Source: Alkalispirochaeta sp. (lineage in GTDB: Bacteria > Spirochaetota > Spirochaetia > DSM-27196 > Alkalispirochaetaceae). Taken from it: a stretch of DNA of 64,000 nucleotides. Of this stretch, positions 20,463 to 30,990 are shown piece by piece. Numbering within the stretch: position 1 is the first letter of the stretch; each line of letters starts with the position of its first letter. Both the position numbers and the translations under genes were made by a program. The stretch spans positions 896,001 through 960,000 of the forward strand of contig OZ271854.1 in the NCBI GenBank assembly GCA_965601925.1. The letters are read 5' to 3'. A model generated the notes under the pieces. The model ran no database searches, had not been told where the DNA came from, and saw only the letters and a program-made list of their open reading frames with translations.

Positions 20463-22040
20463 ATGTTCGGGAGACGTTCGGTAATTCGTCGGCGGTCCGA
20501 CGGTGACTCCGCACGACGATTCTCCCTACGACGCCTCTCTCTTCGACGTCAACAGCTGATCTTCTTCGCGGTGGTCACCGCCTTCGTGCTGCTTCTGATC
20601 GGTATCGCGATAGGTGTAAGTGCCCAATACTCGCAAGTATTCGGTACGAACCTGAGCCGATACTTCCACATCCACGAGATCAGAACGGGCCTATCCGCTA
20701 TTCACGGCGATCTCCGGCAGTATCTCCGCGGCGGTGAGGATGAGTTCATCGAGTCGGTCGAGTCGCGCATCCCGGTGATCGAGGAGCGTTGGAGCGCCTT
20801 GGTAGGTATGGAGTTTCGGGACCGCGCAAGCCTCTTTGAGCTCAACGCGAGTTACTACGGCTTAGTGGCGTATCGAGAGGCGGCGCAGCGAGCGATACGC
20901 GAATACCGCGAAGAGAACGAGGGATACTACTTCACCCTCGAATACGCCGATCGAGTTCGCGGCTATATCGACCTCTATTTGGAGCGCCTCTTTCAGATTC
21001 AGCTCGACATCGGACGACGCGAGTATCGCGCGGCACTCGGTCGACAGGACTCGATTCGATGGTGGACCTTCGGCGGGATAGCGCTGGTCGGCGGCGCGCT
21101 GTCGCTCTTCGCTCTCCTCTTTTCCCGAAGCGTCACTCGCCCCCTCGAACGATTGGTACGACGGGCCCACGCCTTGGCCTCCGGCGACTTCGATCAGCCG
21201 GCGCTGGATGTTCCCGAGAGCGAGGAGTTGCGCGAGGTGGCGTCGGCATTCAATGCGATGAGCGCCGGCATTCGCACCTTGGTCAACGACCTGAGGGACA
21301 AACGCGAAATCGAACGACGACTCCATCAGCAGGAACTTTCGAACGTCAGCATGGAACGGTTGTTGAGAGAGGCGCAACTCGTGGCGCTTCAAAGTCAGGT
21401 CAATCCGCACTTTCTCTTCAATACGCTCAACAGTATCGCGCGCACCGCGCGAATCGAAGGGGCCGAGGGAAGCGAGAACCTCATCAGGGAGCTCTCGACG
21501 GTACTGCGCTACGTTCTCCGCAATCCGCGCCGTAGCGTCGCGCTCAGGGAAGAACTGCGAGTGGTACGCGACTATCTGGCGCTCCAGCAGGTTCGATTCG
21601 GCGACCGCCTCGACGTTGACATCGACGCCGACCCGTCAGTCGAGGAGGCCCAAATTCCACCGCTCACACTCCAGCCCTTGGTGGAAAACGCCATCCATTA
21701 CGGCATCGAGCCGCTGCCGGAAGGCGGTACCGTATGGGTGCATGCTCGCGAAGACGGGGAGGGCGCGCACCGGCGTATGACGATAGAGATCGGCGACAAC
21801 GGTGTCGGCATGGACGCACACACGGTAGACCATCTTCTACGGGACGAACCGGAGACGGGCGGAGAATCGACGAAGGGTATCGGCGTACTGAACGTCCGGG
21901 CCAGGCTCGACCTATTCTTCGGCGCGGCGCAGGTGTTCTCCCTGTCGAGCCGTATCAACGAGGGAACGGTGATCACGATCGGCATTCCCCTGCATCGCGA
22001 AGCGGAGACCTATGGAATACACGATTCTCATCGCCGATGA
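20463..22040 (+). CDS. YesM/LytS-type sensor histidine kinase (2 TM, HAMP, His_kinase)
   Basis: Two TM helices, HAMP (TRPLERL...ELREVASAFNAM), LQSQVNPHFLFNTLN, LQPLVENAI, DNGVG and GIGVLNV. Confidence 0.93.
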   Translation: MFGRRSVIRRRSDGDSARRFSLRRLSLRRQQLIFFAVVTAFVLLLIGIAIGVSAQYSQVFGTNLSRYFHIHEIRTGLSAIHGDLRQYLRGGEDEFIESVESRIPVIEERWSALVGMEFRDRASLFELNASYYGLVAYREAAQRAIREYREENEGYYFTLEYADRVRGYIDLYLERLFQIQLDIGRREYRAALGRQDSIRWWTFGGIALVGGALSLFALLFSRSVTRPLERLVRRAHALASGDFDQPALDVPESEELREVASAFNAMSAGIRTLVNDLRDKREIERRLHQQELSNVSMERLLREAQLVALQSQVNPHFLFNTLNSIARTARIEGAEGSENLIRELSTVLRYVLRNPRRSVALREELRVVRDYLALQQVRFGDRLDVDIDADPSVEEAQIPPLTLQPLVENAIHYGIEPLPEGGTVWVHAREDGEGAHRRMTIEIGDNGVGMDAHTVDHLLRDEPETGGESTKGIGVLNVRARLDLFFGAAQVFSLSSRINEGTVITIGIPLHREAETYGIHDSHRR

Positions 22041-23556
22041 CGAACCGCTCGAGCGGCACGCCCTACACGAGCTGGTGGCGCAGAACGCCCCCGGCACGCC
22101 ACGCATACGCGTTGCCGGAGACGGTATCGGAGTGGTTCGCCTCGCCGATACCGAGCGAATCGATATCGCACTCCTGGATATCCGCATGCCGGGGATGACC
22201 GGGTTGGATGCCGCCGCCCACCTACGGCGCGTGCATCCGTCGGCGGCGATCGTCTTCCTGTCGGCCTTCGATTACTTCTCGTATGCGCAAGCGGCGTTAC
22301 GACTGGGTGCGGTAGACTATCTCATCAAGCCGGTGGAAGACGACGCGGTCCTTCGCGTTCTGGAACGATATCATCGCGCACTCGCCGATCGGAGACCGCA
22401 GACCGATGTTCATGATTCACGCTTTCAGGAGGCGGCGCGGTTTCTGGAGTACGAGCTTCTCGACGATCTGGTTGCCGGCGACCCCGATCTCGAGCTGCTT
22501 CGCCGGGCGTTCGATTTGTTGGGATGCGATGAGGTTCGCGGTCGTGCGATCGTCATACGTCCGAGCCTCGCCGATTACGCGTTTCGCCTCCAGACCGATG
22601 CGCAGAAACGAACCGTTGTGCTCAGAGTACTACGTGCGATAGCGCCGCGGGTCGCGGTCCCGGGTAGTCGCGTCCTATTTCGTGCTCATCCCGACTTTGG
22701 ATACATGCTGTACTTGAACGGCAGCGACGGGGAGGACGTCGACCTTACGTCGCGTATGGCCGCCGGGTGCACCGATGCACGGGAGCGAACGGGAATCGAA
22801 ACGGCGTACGCGACATCCCCGGTCTACACCGCGATCGAAGATCTCGGTACGGGAATCCTCGCGGCGCGCTCAGCACTGCGCGAACGGCGGTCGGCGCACC
22901 CGCTCGATGAACGGCCGACGGCATCGGACGCGATCGTTCGTTCGGAGCGCCACGTCCTTGCGGCGGCATTCGAGAGAAACGGAGAGGAACTCCGCGAGCG
23001 CGCTGCGGAGCTGTGGGACCGCATACGGGAGCATTACCGCGAGACGACAAAAGACGACGTCGTGCGTGAGGCGAACGAGATATTGGCGTTTCTCTCCCAC
23101 AGCCTACGAGTCCACGGTGATAGAACGGAACGTCGCGCATGCTCACTCAGTGCGACGCACAGTCTCAGGGACCTGCGCGACGGTTTTCTCGACGCAGTAC
23201 AACGCCTCGCGGCACAGTCGAACGCCGCCGACGGTTCGCGTTTCGCCGACACGGTTCACGAATGGTTGTGGGAGCACTACGCTGCGGACGTCGGTCTCCC
23301 GGACCTGGCGCGCCATATGGGTATATCGGAGAGCCACTGCAGCCGCGAGTTTTCACGCGCAGTCGGTGCGGGATTTCGCGAGTATCTGCGTGATATGCGT
23401 ATCGCCGCCGCAAAGCGCCTCCTCGCAACGACGACGCTCCCGGTGCGAGAGGTAGCCGAGACGGTGGGGTTTCACGACGCGAACTACTTTTCCCGCGTGT
23501 TTTCCGCCACACAAGGCGTGAGCCCTCGATCCTTTCGACGCTGCACCGGTCGTTGA
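22012..23556 (+). CDS. YesN-type response regulator (REC plus AraC HTH)
   Basis: ILIADDE, LLDIRMPG, DYLIKP; C-terminal AraC motif AETVGFHDANYFSRVF. Confidence 0.92.
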   Translation: MEYTILIADDEPLERHALHELVAQNAPGTPRIRVAGDGIGVVRLADTERIDIALLDIRMPGMTGLDAAAHLRRVHPSAAIVFLSAFDYFSYAQAALRLGAVDYLIKPVEDDAVLRVLERYHRALADRRPQTDVHDSRFQEAARFLEYELLDDLVAGDPDLELLRRAFDLLGCDEVRGRAIVIRPSLADYAFRLQTDAQKRTVVLRVLRAIAPRVAVPGSRVLFRAHPDFGYMLYLNGSDGEDVDLTSRMAAGCTDARERTGIETAYATSPVYTAIEDLGTGILAARSALRERRSAHPLDERPTASDAIVRSERHVLAAAFERNGEELRERAAELWDRIREHYRETTKDDVVREANEILAFLSHSLRVHGDRTERRACSLSATHSLRDLRDGFLDAVQRLAAQSNAADGSRFADTVHEWLWEHYAADVGLPDLARHMGISESHCSREFSRAVGAGFREYLRDMRIAAAKRLLATTTLPVREVAETVGFHDANYFSRVFSATQGVSPRSFRRCTGR

Positions 23557-23668
23557 ATAGGATGAGTCGTGCCGACCGGCTGCATGAAAGTCCTATCTTT
23601 GGCAAGAAAATACAGTGCGCGAACGCTGAAACGGGGTGACTATGAGCGAAAGATTCAAGGAGGTATCC

Positions 23669-24682
23669 ATGAAAAAGCTCTCGTGTATCGTCGTATTGCT
23701 CGTACTCACACTGGGCGTCGTGTGGGCCGGCGGTCAAACGGAAGGGGCCGAACAACCCGAGGCGACGGCGGAACCGATCGTCCTGAGGCTTGCGGAGACG
23801 CACTCCCAAGACTATCCGACGACCCAAGGCAACTACTATTTTGCACAACTGGTCGAGGAACGCACCGACGGACGCATCACCGTCGAGGTGTTCCACTCTG
23901 CACAGCTCGGGGAAGAACGAGCCGTAATCGAACAGGTGCAGTTCGGCGCGATCGATATGACACGCGTCTCGATCAGCCCCCTCGCAGCATTCAGTCCGGG
24001 CTTGGATGCGCTACAAATGCCTTATCTCTACGACAGCACCGATCACATGTGGCGCGTGCTGAAGGGTTCGATCGGCGATGAGATGCTCGAAAGCGTCAGA
24101 GACGCCGGATTCGTCGGCCTCGCGTGGTACGAGTCGGGCGCCCGTTCGTTTTACAACTCCGTCCGTCCGATCGAAAGTGTCGCGGACCTCGACGGCTTGA
24201 GGATCCGCGTCCAGGAGAGCCGCCTGATGGTCGGTTTGGTGGAGGCCCTCGGTGCGGTCGCGACGCCCATGCCCTTCGGCGAGGTATACGGCGCATTGCA
24301 GACCGGCGTCATCGACGGCGCGGAGAACAACTGGCCGAGCTACTACTCCACGAGTCACTTTGAGGTGGCGCAGTACTACACCCTCGATCGCCACACACAA
24401 GTTCCGGAGATTCTCATCGCCAGCACGATCGCCATGGAGCGGTTGAGCGCGGAGGACCAAGAGATCATTCGCCAGGCGGCGCGGGACTCGATCGACTTCC
24501 AGCGTGAGCGGTGGGCGGAGTTCGTCGCCGAGGCCGAGGAGGAGATTCGCGCCAACGGCAACGTGATCACCGAGTTGTCGCCGGAGGCGCTTGCGGAGTT
24601 CCAGGCGGCGATGCAACCGCTGTATGAGGGTCTCAACGACGAAGCGGTTGCGGTAGTCGAGCGTATCCGCGCCGCGCGCTAA
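23669..24682 (+). CDS. dctP: TRAP transporter substrate-binding protein (probably sugar acid/uronate)
   Basis: Signal peptide, SAQLGEE, GARSFY, GLRIRVQ, EVYGALQTGVIDGAENN; SD AAGGAGG before ATG 23669. Confidence 0.93.
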   Translation: MKKLSCIVVLLVLTLGVVWAGGQTEGAEQPEATAEPIVLRLAETHSQDYPTTQGNYYFAQLVEERTDGRITVEVFHSAQLGEERAVIEQVQFGAIDMTRVSISPLAAFSPGLDALQMPYLYDSTDHMWRVLKGSIGDEMLESVRDAGFVGLAWYESGARSFYNSVRPIESVADLDGLRIRVQESRLMVGLVEALGAVATPMPFGEVYGALQTGVIDGAENNWPSYYSTSHFEVAQYYTLDRHTQVPEILIASTIAMERLSAEDQEIIRQAARDSIDFQRERWAEFVAEAEEEIRANGNVITELSPEALAEFQAAMQPLYEGLNDEAVAVVERIRAAR

Positions 24683-24717
24683 CGCACGTTCTGCTATACT
24701 CGTAATACACACATCCG

Positions 24718-24762
24718 AGGCGGTCCGGCGGGATCGAGAGTTCTGCCGGACCGCCTTTTTTT
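24718..24762 (+). terminator. Intrinsic terminator-like hairpin between dctP and dctQ
   Basis: 12-bp stem AGGCGGTCCGGC/GCCGGACCGCCT followed by a T-run that abuts the dctQ SD (GGAGG). Confidence 0.75.
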
Positions 24763-24772
24763 GGAGGCTTGC

Positions 24773-25288
24773 ATGCGCGCCGTCGGATTAGCCCTCGTAC
24801 ACCTCTTCGACACGTTCTTCACCGTCGCCCTGGCTCTGGCGCAGGCGCTTTTGGTGGCTATGGTGCTGTTGATCGGCACAAACGTGTTCATGAGATATGT
24901 CCTCAACTCGGGAATCTTCTGGGCTGAGGAGATCTCTCTGGTCATGGCGGTCTGGTTTATATTCATCGCCATGCCGCTGGGCGTGAGGAAAGATCTCCAT
25001 ATCAGTATTCACCTCTTTCGTAGTCCCAAGCCGTGGCTGGATCGAACCCTAAACAACCTGAAGGCCGTTGCGGCGCTCGTGGTAGGATACGCTCTGTTGC
25101 GTTACGGCTGGATTCTGATCCAATTTACCAGTCGCTCCATCATGCCGGCGACGGAGTTTCCCTCGTCGATCCTGTACCTTATTCTGCCGTTTTCGGCCGT
25201 GCTCATGATCTACGAAGCGATTACCGACTTGGTGGGATTCGATACCGACGCGGCGGACCGTCGCAATACCGATACGTTGGAGACCTGA
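24773..25288 (+). CDS. dctQ: TRAP small permease
   Basis: Four TM helices; VFMRYVLN..IFWAEE and HISI motifs. Confidence 0.9.
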   Translation: MRAVGLALVHLFDTFFTVALALAQALLVAMVLLIGTNVFMRYVLNSGIFWAEEISLVMAVWFIFIAMPLGVRKDLHISIHLFRSPKPWLDRTLNNLKAVAALVVGYALLRYGWILIQFTSRSIMPATEFPSSILYLILPFSAVLMIYEAITDLVGFDTDAADRRNTDTLET

Positions 25289-25290
25289 CC

Positions 25291-26589
25291 ATGCCGAATC
25301 TTGTACTAGCCTCGTGGATCTTAGTCATCTCTTTCTTCGTGCTACTGATTCTGCGCGTCCCCATCACCTTCACTCTCGCCGTCTCGTCGATCGTCACGGC
25401 CTGGTATCTCGATATCCCCATGATGGCGATCGTCCAGCGCATGGTGCAGGGAGTGCGATCCTTCAGCCTCTTGGCGATACCGTTCTTCATACTCGCCGGT
25501 GAGATCATGAGCCAAGGAGGCATTTCGCGTCGCCTGATCGACTTTTCCAACGTGATCATCGGTCGCGTACGGGGCGGGTTGGCGCAGGTAAACGTACTGG
25601 CGAGTATGTTCTTCGGCGGCATTTCGGGATCCGCGGTGGCTGACGTGAGCTCCATCGGTACCATCATGATCCCGGTGATGAAGCAAAAAGGGTATGACGC
25701 GGACTACTCCACGGCGGTGACGGTAACGAGTGCTTGTCAGGGTATTATTATCCCGCCCAGTCACAACATGATCATCTACTCCTTGGCCGCCGGCGGCGTC
25801 TCGGTGGGACGCCTCTTCCTGGGCGGATTCGTACCGGGCGTCCTTCTCGGTATCGCGCTGATGGCGATCAGTTACATCATTGCCGTCAAACGGGGCTACC
25901 CCAAGGAGCGGAAGTACACACTTCGCGAGGGGCTGGCGGTGAGCCGCGATGCTCTCTTGGGGCTCTTAACGGCGGTGATCATTATCGGCGGCGTCATCTC
26001 CGGCGTCTTCACCGCGACCGAGAGCGCCGCGGTGGCGGTGATCTACGCGTTCATCGTTACCTTCTTCGTATACCGCGAAATTCCACTCTCTCGGATGTCG
26101 ACGATTCTCGTTAACGCTCTCAAAACGCTGGCGATGGTGATGAGCTTGATCGCCGCGGCGAGCGCCTTCGGATACCTTTTGGCGTTTCTCCGGATACCCG
26201 CCCAGGCGACTCAGCTCCTTTTGGGAGTGACGACGAATCACATCGCCCTTCTCTTGCTCATTAACGTCCTCCTTCTCTTATTGGGAATGATCATGGATAT
26301 GGCGCCGCTCATTCTGATTACTACGCCGATCCTCTATCCGGTAGTTGTGGGAGCGTTAGGCATGGATCCGGTGCACTTCGGAATCATGTTAATGCTCAAT
26401 CTCGGCATCGGCCTTGCGACGCCGCCGGTCGGCTCGGCGCTCTTTGTCGGGTGCGCCGTGGGTAAGGTATCGGTGGAACGGGCAACCCGCGCAATGCTCC
26501 CGTTTTACGCGACGATGGTCGTGGTCCTACTCCTGGTGACCTTTGCGCCCGAGCTTGTCATGTTCGTCCCCAATCTCATTATGGGATGA
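25291..26589 (+). CDS. dctM: TRAP large permease
   Basis: LLAIPFFILAG, GISGSAVAD, IIPPS, FTATESAA, DPVHFG and TPPVG. Confidence 0.94.
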   Translation: MPNLVLASWILVISFFVLLILRVPITFTLAVSSIVTAWYLDIPMMAIVQRMVQGVRSFSLLAIPFFILAGEIMSQGGISRRLIDFSNVIIGRVRGGLAQVNVLASMFFGGISGSAVADVSSIGTIMIPVMKQKGYDADYSTAVTVTSACQGIIIPPSHNMIIYSLAAGGVSVGRLFLGGFVPGVLLGIALMAISYIIAVKRGYPKERKYTLREGLAVSRDALLGLLTAVIIIGGVISGVFTATESAAVAVIYAFIVTFFVYREIPLSRMSTILVNALKTLAMVMSLIAAASAFGYLLAFLRIPAQATQLLLGVTTNHIALLLLINVLLLLLGMIMDMAPLILITTPILYPVVVGALGMDPVHFGIMLMLNLGIGLATPPVGSALFVGCAVGKVSVERATRAMLPFYATMVVVLLLVTFAPELVMFVPNLIMG

Positions 26590-26767
26590 AACGGTCGGCG
26601 GGCCGATTAACGTCGGTGCCGCGACGTCGGGCCCCGAACTCGCGCAAAACGTGAACGATTCGCCGCAGGGATCTCGCCGACAGCCGGCTGAACGGTCGTC
26701 TCTATTCTACGTATCGAGCATCGCCGTCGAGTACACACGGCGCTCATGAACAAAGAGGAGGACCCAT

Positions 26768-27385
26768 ATGGTGAGGTTAGAAAGGCAAGAAATCGTTCAA
26801 GCAAGTCACGTACTGGGAGCCGCCTTCTTTAACGACCCGATTTGGAGAGGCTTTGTACCCGACGGCGAACGACGCGAACGCTTTTTGCCGGCGCTGTTTG
26901 AGTTCCTATTGCGGTGCGGCGACAAATACGGCCGCATATGGGCATCGAGCGATCGTATGGAGGGCGTCGCCATTTGGTTTCCGTCCGAGACGGCGAATCT
27001 CGGCTTTTTTCGTATTCTCCTCGGCGGACTTCTCGGACACGTATCGAAACTAACGTCTGCATAAAAACCGGAGATGCGGGATCTACAGAAGAATATGACG
27101 GTGCTTGAAAAAGATCGCAATCGATTCATGAAGGACCAAGACCACCTCTATCTCGCCGCAATCGGCGTAGCCCCCGAGTTTCAACGCAAGGGTCACGCTC
27201 GGAGACTACTGACGGAGCTGTTCAACGTGTCGCGCGAGCGACGTGTACCGATCTATCTGGAAACCGAGACCGAGGAGAACGTTCGATTGTATGAGCACTA
27301 CGGATTCCAGACGATCGGCGAACGCGATTACTCCCACAAGGGATTTCACATTTGGCAGATGGTGCGACGGCAACAATCGGACTGA
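26768..27385 (+). pseudogene. GNAT N-acetyltransferase interrupted by an in-frame TAA
   Basis: ORFs 26768-27064 and 27074-27385 share one frame and are separated only by TAA 27062-27064. Joined, they give AAFFNDP...GVAIW...YLAAIGVAPEFQRKGHA...YLET...NVRLYEHYGF. Confidence 0.8.
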
Positions 27386-27616
27386 TCCGCCGTTCCGGCG
27401 TCGCGCGAAACGGTGAGACCGTTGCGGACCCTCGGCGTGACACGCCGGAGTCTCGGTCCTTTTGGATCGACAACGAGCCGACGCCGAGATACTATGAAAG
27501 GCAGCGAGCCTAACGGCGGGTACCCGATTGAATCGTCGGGCCGGATCGCGGGGTGTACCCACGTCGAAAGGGATCCCGACCGACCAAAGCGCGGTTTCGA
27601 CCGCGGGAGGTAACGC

Positions 27617-29122
27617 ATGCATTCCGGTATCACCCAGCGGAGTCCATCCCGTGTCTCGACGCTCTTGCTACTCGTAGCCGGTTTCGGCTTATTCGCCTTT
27701 ACGAGGCGCAGCAATCTCGTTCCGACGATTCCCGCGGCTATCGTGGCGGCGCCGATCTTGATCCTTCGATTTTCTCGCACTCTTCCGACCGGTCGCGCGA
27801 TAGTCCTAACGATAGCCGGCTTCGTTCTCTCCATGAACGTGGCGTTGTGGGGTCTGTTCGGTCTTGACGACGCCGCATCTACCGTTCTACTCAACGTGGT
27901 TCGTAGTACGCTTTTGGCGCTACTCTATGCCGTTCCGTATGTAGTCGACAGAGTGATCACACCGCGCTTAGGCGATCGTCCGTGGACGACCTTGGTCTTC
28001 CCGGTGGCGGTAACGGCGATTATGTTTCTCTCATCTCTGGAGGGACCCTTCGACGGTACCACCGCAAAGAACGTGTACGCCACGGGTCCGCTTGTTCTGC
28101 TGCAGATCTATGCGATAACCGGTCTGTGGGGTTTCGTCTTTTTGTGGTCGTGGGTTGCATCCCTCATAAACTTTGCGTGGGAGCGCCGTTTTGCCGCGCG
28201 CTCCACCCTGATTGCCGCAGCGTCGTTTTGCGTAGTGTTCGGGGCGATCGTTCTCTACGGCGGAGTGCGTCTGTATCGAGCACCGGAGGGTGAAACGGTC
28301 ACTCTGGCCGCAGTGGTACTCATTCCCGAGGACGGCACACCGGTCTCCATGGAACGGCTCAACGCCGAGAGGATTACGGTGCCGTACGCGGAGACGCTGC
28401 GACGAATCGAAGCGCTGACCGCCGAGGCGGCGAACCACGGCGCCCGGATCGTCTCCTTCCAGGAGTACGCCATGACGATCGGGAATGAGGACGTCGCACG
28501 TCTCCGAGCGGACTATGCACGTATCGCTTCGGAGTGTGGGGTGTGGCTGTCGGTGACGTACGCCCGATACGCGGATCAAGGCAAGGGAGCCAACATCCAT
28601 GTACTGATCGACGACCGCGGTCGGATTCGCGCCGACTACCAAAAGCGGTATCTCCTGGGGTTGGGTCCGTTCGGCGAAACCGGCGTCTTTTCAAAGGGGG
28701 AAGAGATTATCCAGACGGTCGATACGCCGTACGGCCGTATCGCGGTCTCCATCTGCCGCGACATGAGTTTTCCCGCCTTTGCCAGACAAGCGGGACGGAT
28801 GGGGGCGGACATCATGCTCACGCCGTCGTACGACTTCCCGGCGAGTCGAGGGCTGTCCGACTCCGGGCGGGCCATCGATACGGGGTTTACTCACGTGCGC
28901 CCGACATACAACGGCATCTCCTACGCCATGGACCCCTACGGGAGGGTTCTGGCGCGCATGGCGTCGGCCGACGGGGGAAACGGCATCATGTACGCCGAGC
29001 TCCCGACGCGCGGAGCGCGTACCCTGTACGCTCGCTTCGGCGACTGGTTCGGTTGGCTCACCGTGGCGGCACTCGCCTTTTTCGCCGTGAGAGCCGTCGT
29101 CTCTCGACGTGCAGAACGATAG
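27617..29122 (+). CDS. Membrane-bound carbon-nitrogen hydrolase (apolipoprotein N-acyltransferase/Lnt-like)
   Basis: Multi-TM N-terminus; nitrilase triad E (FQE), K (YQKR), C (ICRD); C-terminal TLYARFGDWFGWL. Confidence 0.8.
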   Translation: MHSGITQRSPSRVSTLLLLVAGFGLFAFTRRSNLVPTIPAAIVAAPILILRFSRTLPTGRAIVLTIAGFVLSMNVALWGLFGLDDAASTVLLNVVRSTLLALLYAVPYVVDRVITPRLGDRPWTTLVFPVAVTAIMFLSSLEGPFDGTTAKNVYATGPLVLLQIYAITGLWGFVFLWSWVASLINFAWERRFAARSTLIAAASFCVVFGAIVLYGGVRLYRAPEGETVTLAAVVLIPEDGTPVSMERLNAERITVPYAETLRRIEALTAEAANHGARIVSFQEYAMTIGNEDVARLRADYARIASECGVWLSVTYARYADQGKGANIHVLIDDRGRIRADYQKRYLLGLGPFGETGVFSKGEEIIQTVDTPYGRIAVSICRDMSFPAFARQAGRMGADIMLTPSYDFPASRGLSDSGRAIDTGFTHVRPTYNGISYAMDPYGRVLARMASADGGNGIMYAELPTRGARTLYARFGDWFGWLTVAALAFFAVRAVVSRRAER

Positions 29123-29391
29123 ACACGCGCGAGCGATCGACTCCCTCGACCTCATCCGCATATGCAATGCGGGTCGGTAGCCGAGATCCCCGGCGGCGGA
29201 CACGGTTAGAGCGTGGCCTCCGGTACTCCCTTCGGAGCCCTCGGTACGAAATGTAAGAAATCCATAGCGGTGTACGGAAACCGTCACCGCACGAACCCCG
29301 GCATGACCGTTTCACTCAGAAATAACTGGTTATAGCCAACATCGCTTGCAAACAATCTCTTTTTCTTTGCAATGGTTCTCGCATGGTATGA

Positions 29392-29685
29392 AACAAGCCG
29401 TCTGAAGGAACGATCGTAAGCGCCGCTTTCACGGAGCTCCGTGATTGGACGCCTTCGGCTGCGCTCAACCTCGATGGTGAGACGAACGTGCTTCGCGCCG
29501 AGATCGACGGCGGTTCACTCACGGTTTCGTTGAACGGAACCGAAGTGCTGTCGACGGTCTATACACCGATCGGCGGAACGCGCGTCGGCGGACGGGTATC
29601 GATCGGCGAAGAAGCGGATGAAAGCTTCCCGAACACACCCGTAGACGTCCGGCTCCGCGTCACGCAGCCGGTCGCGATCCCGTAG
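29392..29685 (+). pseudogene. Orphan C-terminal fragment of a beta-sandwich (LamG/ConA-like) protein
   Basis: The open frame after TGA 29389-29391 reads FTELRDWTPSAALNLDGETNVLRAEIDGGSLTVSLNGTEV, which is protein-like, but there is no convincing start or SD. Confidence 0.4.
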
Positions 29686-29913
29686 CCGACCGGAGTGCGT
29701 TCCGCGTAGGTCGAAGGACGCTGAAGACCCGACCCATCGCGTTGGTGGAGCCGGAATCGAACATTTCACCGGTGCACCGTCCGGTACGGAGACGTGTCGT
29801 ACCCATCATCCTACGTTCGAGAATCGATCTCACTTTTTTCGATGTTGAAGTGACCGATGTCCCCCGTTCTCGTGTTACTCTGTATATCGATTACCAACGC
29901 AGGAGCCCGAGGT

Positions 29914-30990
29914 ATGAAGCACACTCTCGCCGCAGTCGTCGCGTTCTGGCTTACGCCCCTATTCCTCATCGGCTGTATATCCAACGGCACTTCACGCGCC
30001 GAGTTCGTCCGGATTGAACACGAAGACGAGCGCTTGAACCTGCAGGCGGCTCCCGAAGGTCGCCCGCAGTTTTTTACGGTTGCGGCGCAACCGTCCCGCG
30101 GTTTTCACTATGAGTATTACCTGTTCGTCCCGGCGCGCCTGCAGTCCGGGGAAGCGTCCAGACTGTTGGTGGAACCGAACAACACCGGCACCGTCGACGA
30201 CAACCATTCGCGGCACGCGGAGGGCGCGCGCCGATTCATATCGGATAGTCACACTCGCCGGATCGCCGAGCGACTCGGCATCCCCTTGATCGTACCGACC
30301 TTCGATCGTCCCGAAACGGGATGGAGACGATATACTCACGCCCTCGACAGCGACACCATGGCCATACAGGACGGACCGTTAGCCCGGATCGATCTGCAAC
30401 TTATTGCGATGATCGACCACGCCCGAGCCCTGCTTGCGGAAGAGGGGATCATCATCAAAGAGCGAGTCCTGATGAACGGGTTTTCCGCATCCGGCACGTT
30501 TGCGAACCGTTTTGCCGCTCTCCATCCGAATCGCGTTCGAGCGGTCGCCTCGGGCGGAGTGAACGCTATGCCGATCGTGCCGCTGGAATCGAAAGACGGC
30601 GAAGAGCTGACGTATCACGTCGGTGTGGCCGGCGCCGAGGACCTCACCGGTGTACCGTTCGATATCGACACGTACCGTACCGTAGCGCAGTACATCTATA
30701 TGGGTGAGTTGGACGATAACGATACGCTTCCGTACGACGACGCGTACAATGACGACGAACGGGCGGTAACCGCGGCTATTCTGGGTAATACGATGTCCGA
30801 GAGGTGGGGGAGCGCACAGGCGATATACCGCGAGTTGAACCTACCGGTCCGCTTCGTCACATACGCCGATATCGGTCACGACATCACGAACGATATCGTG
30901 AACGATCTCATACGCTTCTTTGAAGCCAACATGGACGACACGGTCCGGCTGCCGGAGCCGCACGGGGCTACCGTATCGCGGATGCGTTAG
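29914..30990 (+). CDS. Probable lipoprotein alpha/beta hydrolase of unknown specificity
   Basis: MKHTLAAVVAFWLTPLFLIGC lipobox-like signal; nucleophile elbow GFSASG; candidate Asp (GELDDND) and His (IGH). Confidence 0.7.
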   Translation: MKHTLAAVVAFWLTPLFLIGCISNGTSRAEFVRIEHEDERLNLQAAPEGRPQFFTVAAQPSRGFHYEYYLFVPARLQSGEASRLLVEPNNTGTVDDNHSRHAEGARRFISDSHTRRIAERLGIPLIVPTFDRPETGWRRYTHALDSDTMAIQDGPLARIDLQLIAMIDHARALLAEEGIIIKERVLMNGFSASGTFANRFAALHPNRVRAVASGGVNAMPIVPLESKDGEELTYHVGVAGAEDLTGVPFDIDTYRTVAQYIYMGELDDNDTLPYDDAYNDDERAVTAAILGNTMSERWGSAQAIYRELNLPVRFVTYADIGHDITNDIVNDLIRFFEANMDDTVRLPEPHGATVSRMR

